DNA of 64,000 nt from an uncultured bacterium (GTDB lineage Bacteria; Oederibacteriota; JAAXVQ01; JAUVAV01): NCBI GenBank assembly GCA_963710755.1, contig CAVQBK010000003.1, positions 1,312,001 to 1,376,000 on the forward strand, read 5' to 3'. Each line of letters starts with the position of its first letter. Within the stretch, counting starts at the first letter, position 1. Both the position numbers and the translations under genes were made by a program. Of this stretch, positions 39,865 to 49,948 are shown one piece after another. The notes beneath the pieces were generated by a model. It saw only the letters and a list, made by a program, of their open reading frames with translations, ran no database searches and was not told the DNA's origin.

Positions 39865-40305
39865 ATGCCGCGTAAAAAAACAACCCCTGCCAAGGTCAAT
39901 GTTCCGTCCTCAGACGCGCTGTCTTTTGAAGAGGCCCTCAAGCAGTTGGAGACCATTGTGAGCCAGTTGGAAGGCGGGGAAGCGCCTTTGGATCAAGCCC
40001 TGGCTCTTTATGAACAAGGCGTGCGCCTGTCCCGTTTGTGCCAACAACAGTTGGAGCAGGCCGAGCAGCGGGTGGCTTTGTTGGAGGATGACGGCAAAAA
40101 AATTGTGTCGGTGCCTTTTGAAGAGGATCAGTGGGATGATGATCAGAACGATCTGGATGATGAAGAAGATGAGGATGAATCTGACGACGATGATGATGAT
40201 GAAGAGGATGATTTAGACGACGAGGACGACGAGGAAGAGGACGACGAAGACCAAGACGACGATGAAGATGAGGACGATGATGACGATGACGACTTCCAGG
40301 ATTAG
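39865..40305 (+). CDS. xseB: Exodeoxyribonuclease VII small subunit with poly-acidic tail
   Basis: SFEEALKQLETIVSQLEGG..PLDQALALYEQG; then ~60 mostly D/E residues. Confidence 0.92.
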   Translation: MPRKKTTPAKVNVPSSDALSFEEALKQLETIVSQLEGGEAPLDQALALYEQGVRLSRLCQQQLEQAEQRVALLEDDGKKIVSVPFEEDQWDDDQNDLDDEEDEDESDDDDDDEEDDLDDEDDEEEDDEDQDDDEDEDDDDDDDFQD

Positions 40306-40321
40306 AAAAGCCGCTGCTTCG

Positions 40322-41248
40322 GTGCAGTCTTTACCAAAACGCAGCAAGTCCGGCACGTTTAAGCTCATCCCTTACCTGAAAAGGAAGCAAAAAGAAATCG
40401 ATCGCGCCATGGCCAAGGCACTTCCTCATAAGCACGACCTGATCGGAGATCTGTATGAAGCCATGCGTCACAGTATGTTTTCCGGAGGCAAACGCCTGCG
40501 GCCGGTGCTGATCCTGGCAGCTGCCGAAGCCTGCGGTAAGCCCAGCGACGGCCTTATGAACGCGGCCCTGGCTATGGAATGCATTCATACTTATTCCCTT
40601 ATTCACGATGATTTACCAGCCATGGACAATGATGATTTACGCCGCGGCCAGCCTACCTGCCATGTGGCTTTTGATGAACCCACGGCCATTCTGGCGGGAG
40701 ACGGGCTGTTAACCTATGCCTTTGAACTGATGGCCATGATCAGGACCAGTAGTTCGCGGGGCCAACGCCGTCTGCTGGAGGCTATTCATCTCCTGGCCCA
40801 TGCGGCAGGCATGAACGGCATGGTGGGCGGCCAGATGGCGGATTTGGTCTGCGAGAAACAAGTCATTGATTTACCTACACTGGAATATATTCATACCCAT
40901 AAAACCGGTCATTTAATCTCGGCTGCTTGTCGTATGGGCGCACTGCTTGGCGGGGCCAGGGACAGTCAAGTCAAAGCTTTGACGGTTTATGGGGAAGCGC
41001 TGGGATTGGCTTTCCAAATTGCCGATGATATTTTAAATGTGGTGGGCGATCAAGCCCGGCTGGGCAAGCAGACCGGCACAGACCAAGCCAGGGGCAAGGC
41101 CACCTATCCCGCCCTGCTGGGCCTGGAGGCTTCCCAAGAACACGCCCGGGCGCTGATGCTTAGAGCCCTGACCGCCCTGAAACCACTGGGCCCGGAAGCC
41201 GAACCGTTACGGGCCTTGGCCCATTATGTGATTGAGCGAGAGGTGTAA
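40322..41248 (+). CDS. ispA: Polyprenyl (farnesyl) diphosphate synthase; start uncertain
   Basis: GGKRLRP, SLIHDDLPAMDNDDLRRG, FQIADD. Confidence 0.93.
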   Translation: MQSLPKRSKSGTFKLIPYLKRKQKEIDRAMAKALPHKHDLIGDLYEAMRHSMFSGGKRLRPVLILAAAEACGKPSDGLMNAALAMECIHTYSLIHDDLPAMDNDDLRRGQPTCHVAFDEPTAILAGDGLLTYAFELMAMIRTSSSRGQRRLLEAIHLLAHAAGMNGMVGGQMADLVCEKQVIDLPTLEYIHTHKTGHLISAACRMGALLGGARDSQVKALTVYGEALGLAFQIADDILNVVGDQARLGKQTGTDQARGKATYPALLGLEASQEHARALMLRALTALKPLGPEAEPLRALAHYVIEREV

Positions 41249-41250
41249 AA

Positions 41251-41736
41251 GTGGATCCCTATTTAGCTGTTGGCAAACGATTCTTTCATGGATTGGGTAT
41301 TGTGCTGACCCATCGCATCTTCTGGTCCTGCTTTACCAGCTGGTTTGCAGCCTCTTTCATCAAGGTTATTCTGCATTTCGTCAAGCAGAAAAAATTTGAC
41401 TTCTTGCTGTTGGTAGACACAGGACGTATGCCCAGTTCCCACTCCGCTTTTGTGGCGGCCTTGGCCACCACCATCGGCATGGAGGCCGGCTGGGCCTCTC
41501 CCACCTTTATGGTGGCCTTGGGGGTGGCGATCCTGACCATGAACGATGCGGCCGGGGTGCGCCGGGCGGCCGGCCATCAAGCGGCCATTTTGAATAAAAT
41601 GATGGATGATATTTATCAAAAACATGAATTTAAACCGGAACGATTAAAGGAATTTCTGGGTCATACCAGATTAGAAGTGTTGGCAGGCATGTGTGTGGGC
41701 ATTATTTGCGCCCTCTTGTTTTATGTAGGTCGTTAA
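41251..41736 (+). CDS. Divergent PAP2 family (DUF212) membrane protein
   Basis: GRMPSSHSA, DAAGVRRAAG, LKEFLGHT..EV. Confidence 0.9.
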   Translation: MDPYLAVGKRFFHGLGIVLTHRIFWSCFTSWFAASFIKVILHFVKQKKFDFLLLVDTGRMPSSHSAFVAALATTIGMEAGWASPTFMVALGVAILTMNDAAGVRRAAGHQAAILNKMMDDIYQKHEFKPERLKEFLGHTRLEVLAGMCVGIICALLFYVGR

Positions 41737-41791
41737 ACACGGCCCGGCAATAATGGTGGATGAAAATATTATGGAGTAAGGAAGTAGCTTC

Positions 41792-43714
41792 TTGTCTATT
41801 CTCGAACGACTCAATGAACCGGCTGGCTTGAGAACCCTGAGTCCGGATGAATTAAAGCAGTTGAGCCAAGAACTCAGGGAGACCATGGTCAACACCGTGG
41901 CCAAGACCGGGGGGCACCTGGCCTCTTCTTTGGGGGCGGTGGAGCTGACCCTGGCTTTGCACAAGGTTTTTCAAACCCCGGAAGACAAACTGGTTTGGGA
42001 CGTTGGTCATCAAACCTATGCACACAAGCTTATCACCGGCCGACGCGACCAATTTCACACCCTGCGCCAATACCAAGGCCTGGCCGGTTTTCCCAAACGG
42101 GAAGAAAGCATTTACGATACTTTTAACACCGGTCATTCTTCCACCTCTTTGTCAGCAGCCCTGGGCATGGCCCGGGCGCGGGACATGGCCGGTCTCAACC
42201 ACAAAGTGGTGGCCATCATCGGCGACGGTTCCTTGTCCAACGGCCTGGCTCTGGAAGCCCTTAATGATGCAGGTCACAAGAAAACAGATTTGCTGGTGGT
42301 CCTCAATGACAACAGCATGTCCATTTCTCCGGCCGTGGGCGGACTCTCCAATTATTTAAATCAGATTATTTCCGGCCGCATTTATAACCGGCTCAAACCC
42401 CAGGTGGACAAACTATTGGGGGCCATTCCCGCTGTGGGCAAGCCGGCCTTGAAACTGGCCAACTACGTGGAAGAAATGGCCAAGGGTCTGATCGTCCCGG
42501 GGCTGTTGTTCGAAGAATTGGGTTTTCGCTATTTTGGTCCGGTCAATGGTCATGATTTGGAGCAACTGGTGGAGATGTTCAGCCGGCTGCGGGCATTGTC
42601 CGGCCCGCTGCTGCTGCACGTGAAGACCAAAAAAGGCAAAGGGTTTGAATTTGCCGAAAACAATCCCGTGGCTTTCCATGGCACCCCTCAATTTGATACG
42701 GAAACAGGGGAGAGTAAAAGCTGCCAAGGTATTACTTTTTCCAACGCCTTCAGTCAGGCGCTGGTGGCGCTGGCTAAACATCAGCCCAAGGTGGTGGCCA
42801 TCGTGGCCGCCATGACGTCGGGAACAGCCATGGAGGAGTTTGCCCGGCTATATCCGGACCGTTTTTTTGACGTGGGCATTGCCGAAGGTCATGCCGTGAC
42901 CATGGCCGCCGGTTTCGCCACCCAAGGCATGAGGCCCGTGGTGGTGCTTTACAGCACCTTCTCGCAGCGCGCCTATGATATGATCGTACACGATGTCTGC
43001 CTTCAGAACCTGCCGGTGATCCTGGCCTTGGATCGCGCCGGCGTGGTAGGGGAAGACGGCCCTACCCATCATGGCGTGTTCGATATCGCCATGCTCAGGC
43101 CGCTGCCGCATATGACCATCGTGGCGCCCAGTGATGATCAGGAGATGGCGGGCCTGCTTAAAACCTGTCTGATCCATGACGGACCTGTGGCCATTCGTTA
43201 TCCCCGGGGCCTGGCCAATGCCTGCGCGCAGGAAACGGTGGCGGAGCGCATGGAAGCCATACCTCTGGGCAAGGCCAAGGTCCTGCGCAAAGGCCAGGAT
43301 GTGCTGCTTATCGGTGTGGGTCCCCTGGTGCAAACCGCCATGGAAGCAGCCCGGCAATTAAAGCAAAAAGGTATCGAAGCTGCGGTCATCAATCCCCTTA
43401 CCCTTAAACCTCTGGATGTGCGTACTTTAACCACCTGGATTAAAAAAACCAAACGGGTCATCACCATCGAGGACCATGTACAGGCCGGTGGCTTCGGCAG
43501 CAGCGTGCTGGAAATGATTAATCAGCAACCATTGCCGTCCATTCAGGTGGAGACCCTCGGTTATCCCGATCAGTTCATCGAACAGGGACCGCGGGAACTG
43601 CTCTTGAAAAAATACCATTTGGACGCAGCGGGCCTCGTGGCTGCGGCGGTGAAGATGTGCACTTCGTCCACCGCGGGCAAAAGGACCAAAAAGGCAGTGA
43701 CCCTACCGGCATGA
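41792..43714 (+). CDS. dxs: 1-deoxy-D-xylulose-5-phosphate synthase
   Basis: GGHLASSLG, WDVGHQ, GHSSTS, IGDG, DVGIAE, DRAG.VGEDGPTH. Confidence 0.97.
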   Translation: MSILERLNEPAGLRTLSPDELKQLSQELRETMVNTVAKTGGHLASSLGAVELTLALHKVFQTPEDKLVWDVGHQTYAHKLITGRRDQFHTLRQYQGLAGFPKREESIYDTFNTGHSSTSLSAALGMARARDMAGLNHKVVAIIGDGSLSNGLALEALNDAGHKKTDLLVVLNDNSMSISPAVGGLSNYLNQIISGRIYNRLKPQVDKLLGAIPAVGKPALKLANYVEEMAKGLIVPGLLFEELGFRYFGPVNGHDLEQLVEMFSRLRALSGPLLLHVKTKKGKGFEFAENNPVAFHGTPQFDTETGESKSCQGITFSNAFSQALVALAKHQPKVVAIVAAMTSGTAMEEFARLYPDRFFDVGIAEGHAVTMAAGFATQGMRPVVVLYSTFSQRAYDMIVHDVCLQNLPVILALDRAGVVGEDGPTHHGVFDIAMLRPLPHMTIVAPSDDQEMAGLLKTCLIHDGPVAIRYPRGLANACAQETVAERMEAIPLGKAKVLRKGQDVLLIGVGPLVQTAMEAARQLKQKGIEAAVINPLTLKPLDVRTLTTWIKKTKRVITIEDHVQAGGFGSSVLEMINQQPLPSIQVETLGYPDQFIEQGPRELLLKKYHLDAAGLVAAAVKMCTSSTAGKRTKKAVTLPA

Positions 43715-44460
43715 GCGCGGTGAAGAAAGTTCGTCTCGATCAATTGGCCGTGGAAAAAGGACTCTTTGCTTCCCGGTCCCAGGCTCAGGCCGCCATCATG
43801 GCCGGCGAGCTTTTTTCTAATGGTCAGTTGATGGCCAAACCCGGTCAGATGGTCAAACCCGAAATCTCCCTTTCCTTTAAATCCAAACGCCTGCGCTATG
43901 TGGGCCGGGGCGGGTATAAACTGGAAGGAGCACTTAAAGATTTTAAACTGGCCGTGGTTAATTGGAACTGCCTCGATGTGGGGTCCTCCACCGGGGGATT
44001 CACAGACGTACTGCTTAAAAACGGTGCTCACCATGTCTGTTGTGTGGATGTTGGCAAAGGCCAGTTGGATATAAACCTGAGAAACGACGAGCGGGTGACG
44101 GTGATGGAAGGAGTCAACGCCCGCTATTTAACCCCTGACGATGTGCCCGGTCCCTTTGATCTGGCGGTGATTGACGTTTCCTTTATTTCTCTGAAAAAGA
44201 TATTGCCGGTTATCGCACCTTTGGTAAAATCACGTAAGGGTTATATCCTGGCCTTGATCAAGCCCCAGTTTGAAGTGGGGCCTGCGGCCATTGGCAAAGG
44301 CGGTATTGTGCGGGACAAAAAAGCCCGCGATCTGGCCGTGCAGCATGTCCTTGAAGAGGTGTCCTTTATGGGATTAAAAAAAATAGGGGTTAAACCGAGT
44401 TGCATCAAAGGCACGGACGGCAACCAGGAATTCCTGGCATTAATGGAGCGGATTCAATGA
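43711..44460 (+). CDS. tlyA: TlyA family rRNA 2'-O-methyltransferase
   Basis: RLDQL, GRGGYKL, DVGSSTGGFTD, DVSFISL, KPQFE. Confidence 0.95.
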   Translation: MSAVKKVRLDQLAVEKGLFASRSQAQAAIMAGELFSNGQLMAKPGQMVKPEISLSFKSKRLRYVGRGGYKLEGALKDFKLAVVNWNCLDVGSSTGGFTDVLLKNGAHHVCCVDVGKGQLDINLRNDERVTVMEGVNARYLTPDDVPGPFDLAVIDVSFISLKKILPVIAPLVKSRKGYILALIKPQFEVGPAAIGKGGIVRDKKARDLAVQHVLEEVSFMGLKKIGVKPSCIKGTDGNQEFLALMERIQ

Positions 44461-46157
44461 TCGTAGAAATTAATGTGCAAAATATCGCCCTTATTTCAGA
44501 ACTTTCCTTTCAGCCTTTCAGCGGTATGACGGTATTAACCGGCGAAACCGGAGCCGGTAAATCCATTCTGCTTGGCGCCCTGTCCCTGCTGTTGGGAGAA
44601 CGGGCCAATATGGATCTGATTCGTACCAATTGTGAAACTGCCATGGTGGAAGGGTTGTTCGATACCAATGGTCTGGAGCGTCTGCCGGCCTGGCTGGAGG
44701 AAAACGGGCTGCCGCCCTGTGATGAGGGTATGCTGTTGATCAAACGCGTACTTTACCGCAATGGCCGGGGCAAGTGTTACGTCAACGGCGGTCTGACCAC
44801 TTTGGCCAACCTAGAAGTCCTGGGCAACAGTCTGGTTGATTTGCACGGCCAGCATGCTCACCAATCGCTGATGCACAAAGAAGAACAGCGTAATCTGCTA
44901 GACCGTTGGGCGAGCCTGGACAAGGTGCTCCAGGAAGTGGGACAGACCTACCAACAATTGAAAAAAAGCCGGGATGCCCGCGCTCAACTCAGCCTGGATG
45001 AGGCGGAGCGGTCGCGGCGCATGGACATGCTTGATTTCCAAATCCAGGAGATTGATCGTGCCGAACTCAAGTCTGGGGAAATGGCGCAACTAAGTGAAGA
45101 GCGGGGCAAGCTCATGCATGCGGAGCGCTTGATGAGCACGGTTCAGTCCTGTCTGGAGCGGCTCCACCGGCAGGAAGAAGGTGCGGTGCACGACGGCCTG
45201 TCCACCACGGCCCAAGCCCTGGCTGATGTTGCGGACTATGACCCGGCCATGGGTGCTTTGGCCGATGATTTGCATAGTGCCGAAGCCCTGGTGGATGACG
45301 TGGTGAGCCGGCTCAATGATTTTAGTGAGTCCTTTGAAGCTGATCCCCAGCGATTGGAATGGATTGAAGAGCGTCTGGATCTGATGCAAAAACTGATGCG
45401 CAAGTACGGGGGCTCGGAAGAAGCTGTACTGGCTTTTCGGGAGCAGGCTGCGCAGGAACTGGAAAATTTAAATCTTCAGGATTCGCACCTGGAACACCTG
45501 GCTGCAGAAGAAAAAAAACATGCTGACCGTTTGGCTGACCTGACCCAACGGCTTTCATTGGCCAGAACCAGGGCGGGTCAATTGCTGTCTCAACAAATGC
45601 AGGTGGAACTAAAATCTTTGGGGTTTCAGCAAGCTTCTTTTCAGGTGGAGGTCACGCCCAGGGAAGATGATAACGGATGGATTAAGTGGGGCGAGAGGCG
45701 CTTGAAATGCGGTCCTCAGGGGGTGGATGAGGTGGAGTTTTTGATCGCCCCCAATCCGGGCGAAGCCCCCAAACCCGTGGCCAAGACCGCTTCCGGTGGG
45801 GAGTTGTCGAGGATCATGCTGGCCATCAAGGTGATTGCCGCAGCCGCGGCCACGGTGCCGACCATGATTTTTGATGAAGTTGATGCCGGAATTGGTGGTG
45901 CTACCGCCGAGGCTGTAGGCAAGCGGCTGGCCCTGTTAGCTGCAAAACGGCAAGTCATCGTGATCTCCCATTTGCCTCAGATTGCCCGCTTTGCGCAAAA
46001 ACATTTTCTGGTCACCAAAAACGTGGTCCAAGGCCGCACCACCACCAAGGTGTTGCCATTGGATCAGGATCAACGAATCCATGAAATGGCCCGTTTGCTG
46101 GCTGGCGACAACATCACGGAGACCGCTTTAAAACATGCGCGGGAGCTGGTGGAATAG
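44457..46157 (+). CDS. recN: DNA repair protein RecN
   Basis: LTGETGAGKS, LHGQH, ASGGELSR, IFDEVDAG, SHLPQ. Confidence 0.97.
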   Translation: MIVEINVQNIALISELSFQPFSGMTVLTGETGAGKSILLGALSLLLGERANMDLIRTNCETAMVEGLFDTNGLERLPAWLEENGLPPCDEGMLLIKRVLYRNGRGKCYVNGGLTTLANLEVLGNSLVDLHGQHAHQSLMHKEEQRNLLDRWASLDKVLQEVGQTYQQLKKSRDARAQLSLDEAERSRRMDMLDFQIQEIDRAELKSGEMAQLSEERGKLMHAERLMSTVQSCLERLHRQEEGAVHDGLSTTAQALADVADYDPAMGALADDLHSAEALVDDVVSRLNDFSESFEADPQRLEWIEERLDLMQKLMRKYGGSEEAVLAFREQAAQELENLNLQDSHLEHLAAEEKKHADRLADLTQRLSLARTRAGQLLSQQMQVELKSLGFQQASFQVEVTPREDDNGWIKWGERRLKCGPQGVDEVEFLIAPNPGEAPKPVAKTASGGELSRIMLAIKVIAAAAATVPTMIFDEVDAGIGGATAEAVGKRLALLAAKRQVIVISHLPQIARFAQKHFLVTKNVVQGRTTTKVLPLDQDQRIHEMARLLAGDNITETALKHARELVE

Positions 46158-46322
46158 CGGGGGTTGGCTTTCACAAAAATGGCGGTTTTTGCAGTAATAA
46201 TCAGTTAAAGAGCACGGTCTGAAGCGGTATTATAAGGACGGGAGGATGGCTCCGGTTAAACCCTTGACCCCTCTTAAAAGAGCATGCTAAAGTTGAACAC
46301 CTTTTTTGGTAAGGAGAAAAAA

Positions 46323-46538
46323 ATGTTGTATCGTATTACAGTGGATCCTGAGAAATGCAAGAGCTGCAGTTTGTGCATCGCAGCCTGTCCCAAGCATATC
46401 ATGAGCCTATCAGACAAAACCAACAGCCGTGGTTTTGAAGTGGTGGAATGTGTGGACCTTTCCCAATGCATCGGCTGCAAAGCCTGCGCGGAAGTCTGCC
46501 CGGAAGTGGCCATTGAGATCACGAAGGAGAATGAGTGA
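46323..46538 (+). CDS. 2[4Fe-4S] ferredoxin (oxidoreductase delta subunit)
   Basis: Two CxxCxxCxxxCP motifs. Confidence 0.9.
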   Translation: MLYRITVDPEKCKSCSLCIAACPKHIMSLSDKTNSRGFEVVECVDLSQCIGCKACAEVCPEVAIEITKENE

Positions 46539-47632
46539 TGGCAGAGGCAAAATTGATTAAAGGCAACGAAGCCATGGCCGAAGCGGCCATCCAGGCTGGT
46601 TGCCGGTTTTATTTCGGTTATCCCATAACCCCTCAAAACGAAGTGCCTGCTTATATGTCGCGGCGCATGCCTGAAGTAGGCGGTACTTTTTTACAGGCCG
46701 AGTCGGAAATCGCGGCTGTGAACATGGTCTTTGGCGCGGCGGTGGCCGGCGCCCGGGCCATGACCTCCACCTCGTCTCCGGGCATGTCTTTAAAACAAGA
46801 AGGCATCTCTTATCTGGCCGGCTGCGAATTACCGGCGGTGATCGCCAATGTGCAGCGCGGCGGTCCGGGCCTGGGTCATATCGCGCCTTCCCAGGCGGAC
46901 TATTGGCAATCCACCCGCGGCGGCGGCCACGGTGATTATCATTGCATCGTGCTGGGACCGCATACCGTACAAGAACTCATCGGCCTGACCATGGATGCCT
47001 TTGATCTGGCTGACCTCTACCGCCTGCCGGTCATTATATTAAGCGACGGCCTGCTGGGGCAGATGATGGAAAAAGCCTTTTTTCCTGATCGCCAGGTGCA
47101 ACAGCGCCAGGGATTCTTAAAAGGCCGGGCTCTGCCTGACAAGACTTGGGCCTTGACCGGCGCCAAAGGCCGGCCGCCGCAGCTCATCCGATCTTTGCTC
47201 ATGGCACCAGGCGCTTTGGAAGCGCACAATTATCATCTGGCTGATAAATATGCTGCCATCGAGCGCCAGGAAACAGCAGTTGAGATGGTGGACTGTGATG
47301 ATGCGGACCTGGTGATAGCAGCCTACGGCTCGAGCGCGCGCATTGCCAAAAGCGCTCTTGCCACGCTCAGGCAGCAAGGGGTTAAAGTAGGACTCTTCCG
47401 GCCCATTACCCTCTGGCCTTTTCCGTCCGAGGCCTTGGCCAAGCTTGTCAACGCCAAAAGGAAATTCCTGGTGGTGGAAATGAGCATGGGCCAATTCGCC
47501 CAGGACGTGAAACTGGCGGTGGCCAGGGAGCGGGCACTCAAGGATGTGGTAATCTCGGAAATGCATTTTCCCGGCGGCCGGGTACCGACACCTGAAGAGA
47601 TTGTGGATCAGGCCAGGGAGGTGTTGAAATGA
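46535..47632 (+). CDS. 2-oxoacid:ferredoxin oxidoreductase alpha subunit (VorB-like)
   Basis: KGNEA, GYPITPQ, QAESE, SSPGMSLKQE, RGGPGLG. Confidence 0.92.
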   Translation: MMAEAKLIKGNEAMAEAAIQAGCRFYFGYPITPQNEVPAYMSRRMPEVGGTFLQAESEIAAVNMVFGAAVAGARAMTSTSSPGMSLKQEGISYLAGCELPAVIANVQRGGPGLGHIAPSQADYWQSTRGGGHGDYHCIVLGPHTVQELIGLTMDAFDLADLYRLPVIILSDGLLGQMMEKAFFPDRQVQQRQGFLKGRALPDKTWALTGAKGRPPQLIRSLLMAPGALEAHNYHLADKYAAIERQETAVEMVDCDDADLVIAAYGSSARIAKSALATLRQQGVKVGLFRPITLWPFPSEALAKLVNAKRKFLVVEMSMGQFAQDVKLAVARERALKDVVISEMHFPGGRVPTPEEIVDQAREVLK

Positions 47633-48384
47633 CCACGAACCTTTTTCAACGGACAGAAGGATTAAAAGATACGGTTACCTCTTACTGTGCTGGCTGCGGA
47701 CACGGGGTGGCTCATCGCCTGCTGGCGGAAGTGGTGACGGAACTGGGCGCCCGCGAGCGCACGGTAGCCGTGGCGCCCGTGGGATGCGCGGTCTTTGCTT
47801 ATGATTACTGGAACTTTGATACGACCGAGTCGGCGCATGGACGCACTCCGGCTGTGGCCACGGCCATTAAACGGGTCTTGCCGGACCGGCTGGTCATCAG
47901 CTATCAAGGGGACGGCGACTTGGCCTCCATCGGCATGGCCGAGATTGTGCACGCCGCCAACCGTGGTGAAAGAATCACGGTTATATTTATCAACAACAAC
48001 AACTATGGCATGACCGGCGGCCAAATGGCCCCCACCACGTTGGTGGGGCAAGTAACCGCCACCTCGCCCTATGGCCGCAAAGAAGAGGACGTGGGCGCGC
48101 CCATCAAGATCGCCGAATTCCTGGCGACTTTGCCGGGCGTGAAGTATGCTGCCCGCGGGGCCTTGCACAAAGTGGGCCTGGTCAAAAAAGCCAAATCCTA
48201 TATCAAAGCCGCCTTGGATGTTCAGCAAGCTGGCCTGGGGTTTTCTATTGTGGAGCTTTTGTCCCTTTGTCCCACCAATTGGGGATTTGAGCCGGTGGAA
48301 GCCGGACAAAAGGTGGATGAACTGGTTATTCCTCAATTCCCCCTGGGCGTGATCAAGGATGTGCGCCAGGGAAAGGAAGGTTAA
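47629..48384 (+). CDS. 2-oxoacid:ferredoxin oxidoreductase beta subunit
   Basis: YCAGCGH, PVGC, HGR, QGDGD, NNNNYGMTGGQ. Confidence 0.92.
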   Translation: MTTNLFQRTEGLKDTVTSYCAGCGHGVAHRLLAEVVTELGARERTVAVAPVGCAVFAYDYWNFDTTESAHGRTPAVATAIKRVLPDRLVISYQGDGDLASIGMAEIVHAANRGERITVIFINNNNYGMTGGQMAPTTLVGQVTATSPYGRKEEDVGAPIKIAEFLATLPGVKYAARGALHKVGLVKKAKSYIKAALDVQQAGLGFSIVELLSLCPTNWGFEPVEAGQKVDELVIPQFPLGVIKDVRQGKEG

Positions 48385-48387
48385 ATC

Positions 48388-48945
48388 ATGCTGGACCGCA
48401 TTATTATTGCCGGATCAGGGGGGCAGGGCATACAGTTTGCCGGTCAGTTAATCGCCTTGGCGGCTGTGACCCAAGGCCTGGAGGCCACCTATGTGCCTGC
48501 CTATGGCGCCGAGCGCCGGGGCGGAAAATCCTTTTGTACAGTGGTGGTGGGTGATCATTTCATTAATGCGCCGGTGTTTCAAGAAGCCGATGTGCTCATA
48601 GCGCTTGATCAGCGGGCCCGAAATGAATATGGCCGTATGGTCAAAGACACAGGAATTATTTTGGCCGACAAGACGCTGGCGCCGCAACCCGCCGATCAGG
48701 AAAGTGCGCGCGTACTGCTCATCGATGCCTACGACCAATCCTTGCCCCTGCGACAGGACAAGAAAACCTCAGTCCAGAACCTGCTCATGCTGGGCGCTTA
48801 TGTGGGCCTGGGCCGGGGTGTGACGATGGAGTCGGTTAAACAAGTGCTGGAACAAAAATCCCGTAAAAAACCGCATTTGCTTCAATCCAACTTAAAAGCT
48901 TTGGACCTGGGCGCAGCCATGACCGTTGTGGGACAAACTTTATGA
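48388..48945 (+). CDS. 2-oxoacid:ferredoxin oxidoreductase gamma subunit
   Basis: AGSGGQG, YGAERRGG. Confidence 0.9.
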   Translation: MLDRIIIAGSGGQGIQFAGQLIALAAVTQGLEATYVPAYGAERRGGKSFCTVVVGDHFINAPVFQEADVLIALDQRARNEYGRMVKDTGIILADKTLAPQPADQESARVLLIDAYDQSLPLRQDKKTSVQNLLMLGAYVGLGRGVTMESVKQVLEQKSRKKPHLLQSNLKALDLGAAMTVVGQTL

Positions 48946-49397
48946 TTAGAAAAGCCACCATCAAGGACGCCAAAGGCATCCACAAACTCATTAACAGCCG
49001 CGCACAGATGCAGGAAATGCTGGCCAGGCCTTTATCGGAAATTTATGAAAACATTCGCGATTATTATGTGGCCGTGGAAAAGGGCAAAGTCGTGGGCGTG
49101 GCTGGGCTGCATATCAATTGGGAAAACCTGGCGGAAGTTAAATCGGTGGCTGTAGATCAACACCGTCAGGGTCAGGGCTTGGGCAAGGCCTTGGTGGACG
49201 CTTGCCTGGAAGAAGGCAAAAGCCTAAAAGTGAGTTCCTTCTACGCCCTAACCTATGTTCCCGGTTTTTTCAAGAAACTGGGATTTAAGCGCATCAACCG
49301 TAACACCCTGCCGCACAAAGTGTGGAATGAGTGCATCAAATGCCCTCATTTTCCTAACTGCAACGAAATTGCCATGCTGCTGGATGCCAAAAAATAA
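48942..49397 (+). CDS. GNAT acetyltransferase (short ArgA-like N-acetylglutamate synthase)
   Basis: IYENIRDY, LAEVKSVAV, QGQGLG, LPHKVWNECIKC. Confidence 0.85.
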   Translation: MIRKATIKDAKGIHKLINSRAQMQEMLARPLSEIYENIRDYYVAVEKGKVVGVAGLHINWENLAEVKSVAVDQHRQGQGLGKALVDACLEEGKSLKVSSFYALTYVPGFFKKLGFKRINRNTLPHKVWNECIKCPHFPNCNEIAMLLDAKK

Positions 49398-49399
49398 TC

Positions 49400-49427
49400 T
49401 TGACATTAGCCTGAAAAACAGTATTAT
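49400..49427 (+). promoter_or_regulatory. Sigma70 promoter for the tRNA pair
   Basis: TTGACA-16 bp-TATTAT. Confidence 0.55.
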
Positions 49428-49534
49428 TTAACCTCCTTGAACCAATCTGTATTGTACTAAAAAGACCATTGCGGCCAACGGACCATCCTCGAAATGGGTT
49501 GGGGATAGGGAAATGAGCTGCTCACAGGGTTTGC

Positions 49535-49611
49535 GGGCGAATAGCTCAGTTGGTTAGAGCACCTGCCTTACAAGCAGGGGGTCACAGGTTCGAGTCCTGT
49601 TTCGCCCACCA
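49535..49611 (+). tRNA. tRNA-Val(TAC)
   Basis: GGGCGAA/TTCGCCC acceptor stem, anticodon loop CTTACAA, GGTTCGAGTCC, encoded CCA. Confidence 0.97.
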
Positions 49612-49629
49612 GGATTTTTGAGTTAACCT

Positions 49630-49705
49630 CAGGACGAGAACCTGAGGGGGTATGGGGGAGAGGCTCCCCCATGTAGTCGGGGTGACAGTCCTGCTTTACC
49701 CACCA
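49630..49705. repeat. tRNA-linked element 1: anti-T-arm, 21-bp hairpin and degenerate copy of the tRNA-Val 3' end
   Basis: CAGGACGAGAACCTG (13/15 antisense to the T-arm); ATGGGGGAGAGGCTCCCCCAT; GTCCTGCTTTACCCACCA (15/18 to the tRNA 3' end). Confidence 0.8.
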
Positions 49706-49810
49706 TGATTTTCGCCATTAGCGAAAATCCTAGGCCTGAATTATTTCAGGACGATCGACTGTCGATTTTATTCTTTTCGAAAATCGATTAACTCACATAC
49801 GTTTATCTCC

Positions 49811-49887
49811 GGGGTCGTAGCTCAGTTGGTTAGAGCGCCTGCCTGTCACGCAGGAGGTCGCGAGTTCGAGTCTCGTCGGCCCCGCCA
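49811..49887 (+). tRNA. tRNA-Asp(GTC)
   Basis: GGGGTCG/CGGCCCC acceptor stem, anticodon loop CTGTCAC, GTTCGAG, encoded CCA. Confidence 0.97.
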
Positions 49888-49891
49888 GTAT

Positions 49892-49928
49892 AAAAAAAGG
49901 CCAGTCCTTATTGGACTGGCCTTTTTTT
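49892..49928 (+). terminator. Intrinsic terminator, possibly bidirectional
   Basis: A-run, GGCCAGTCC-TTATT-GGACTGGCC, T-run. Confidence 0.9.
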
Positions 49929-49948
49929 ATACTGATAAAGATGGAAGA

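Noticed and set aside
43711-44460. Hemolysin or virulence factor
   Set aside because: TlyA in the dxs-recN context is the housekeeping rRNA methyltransferase.
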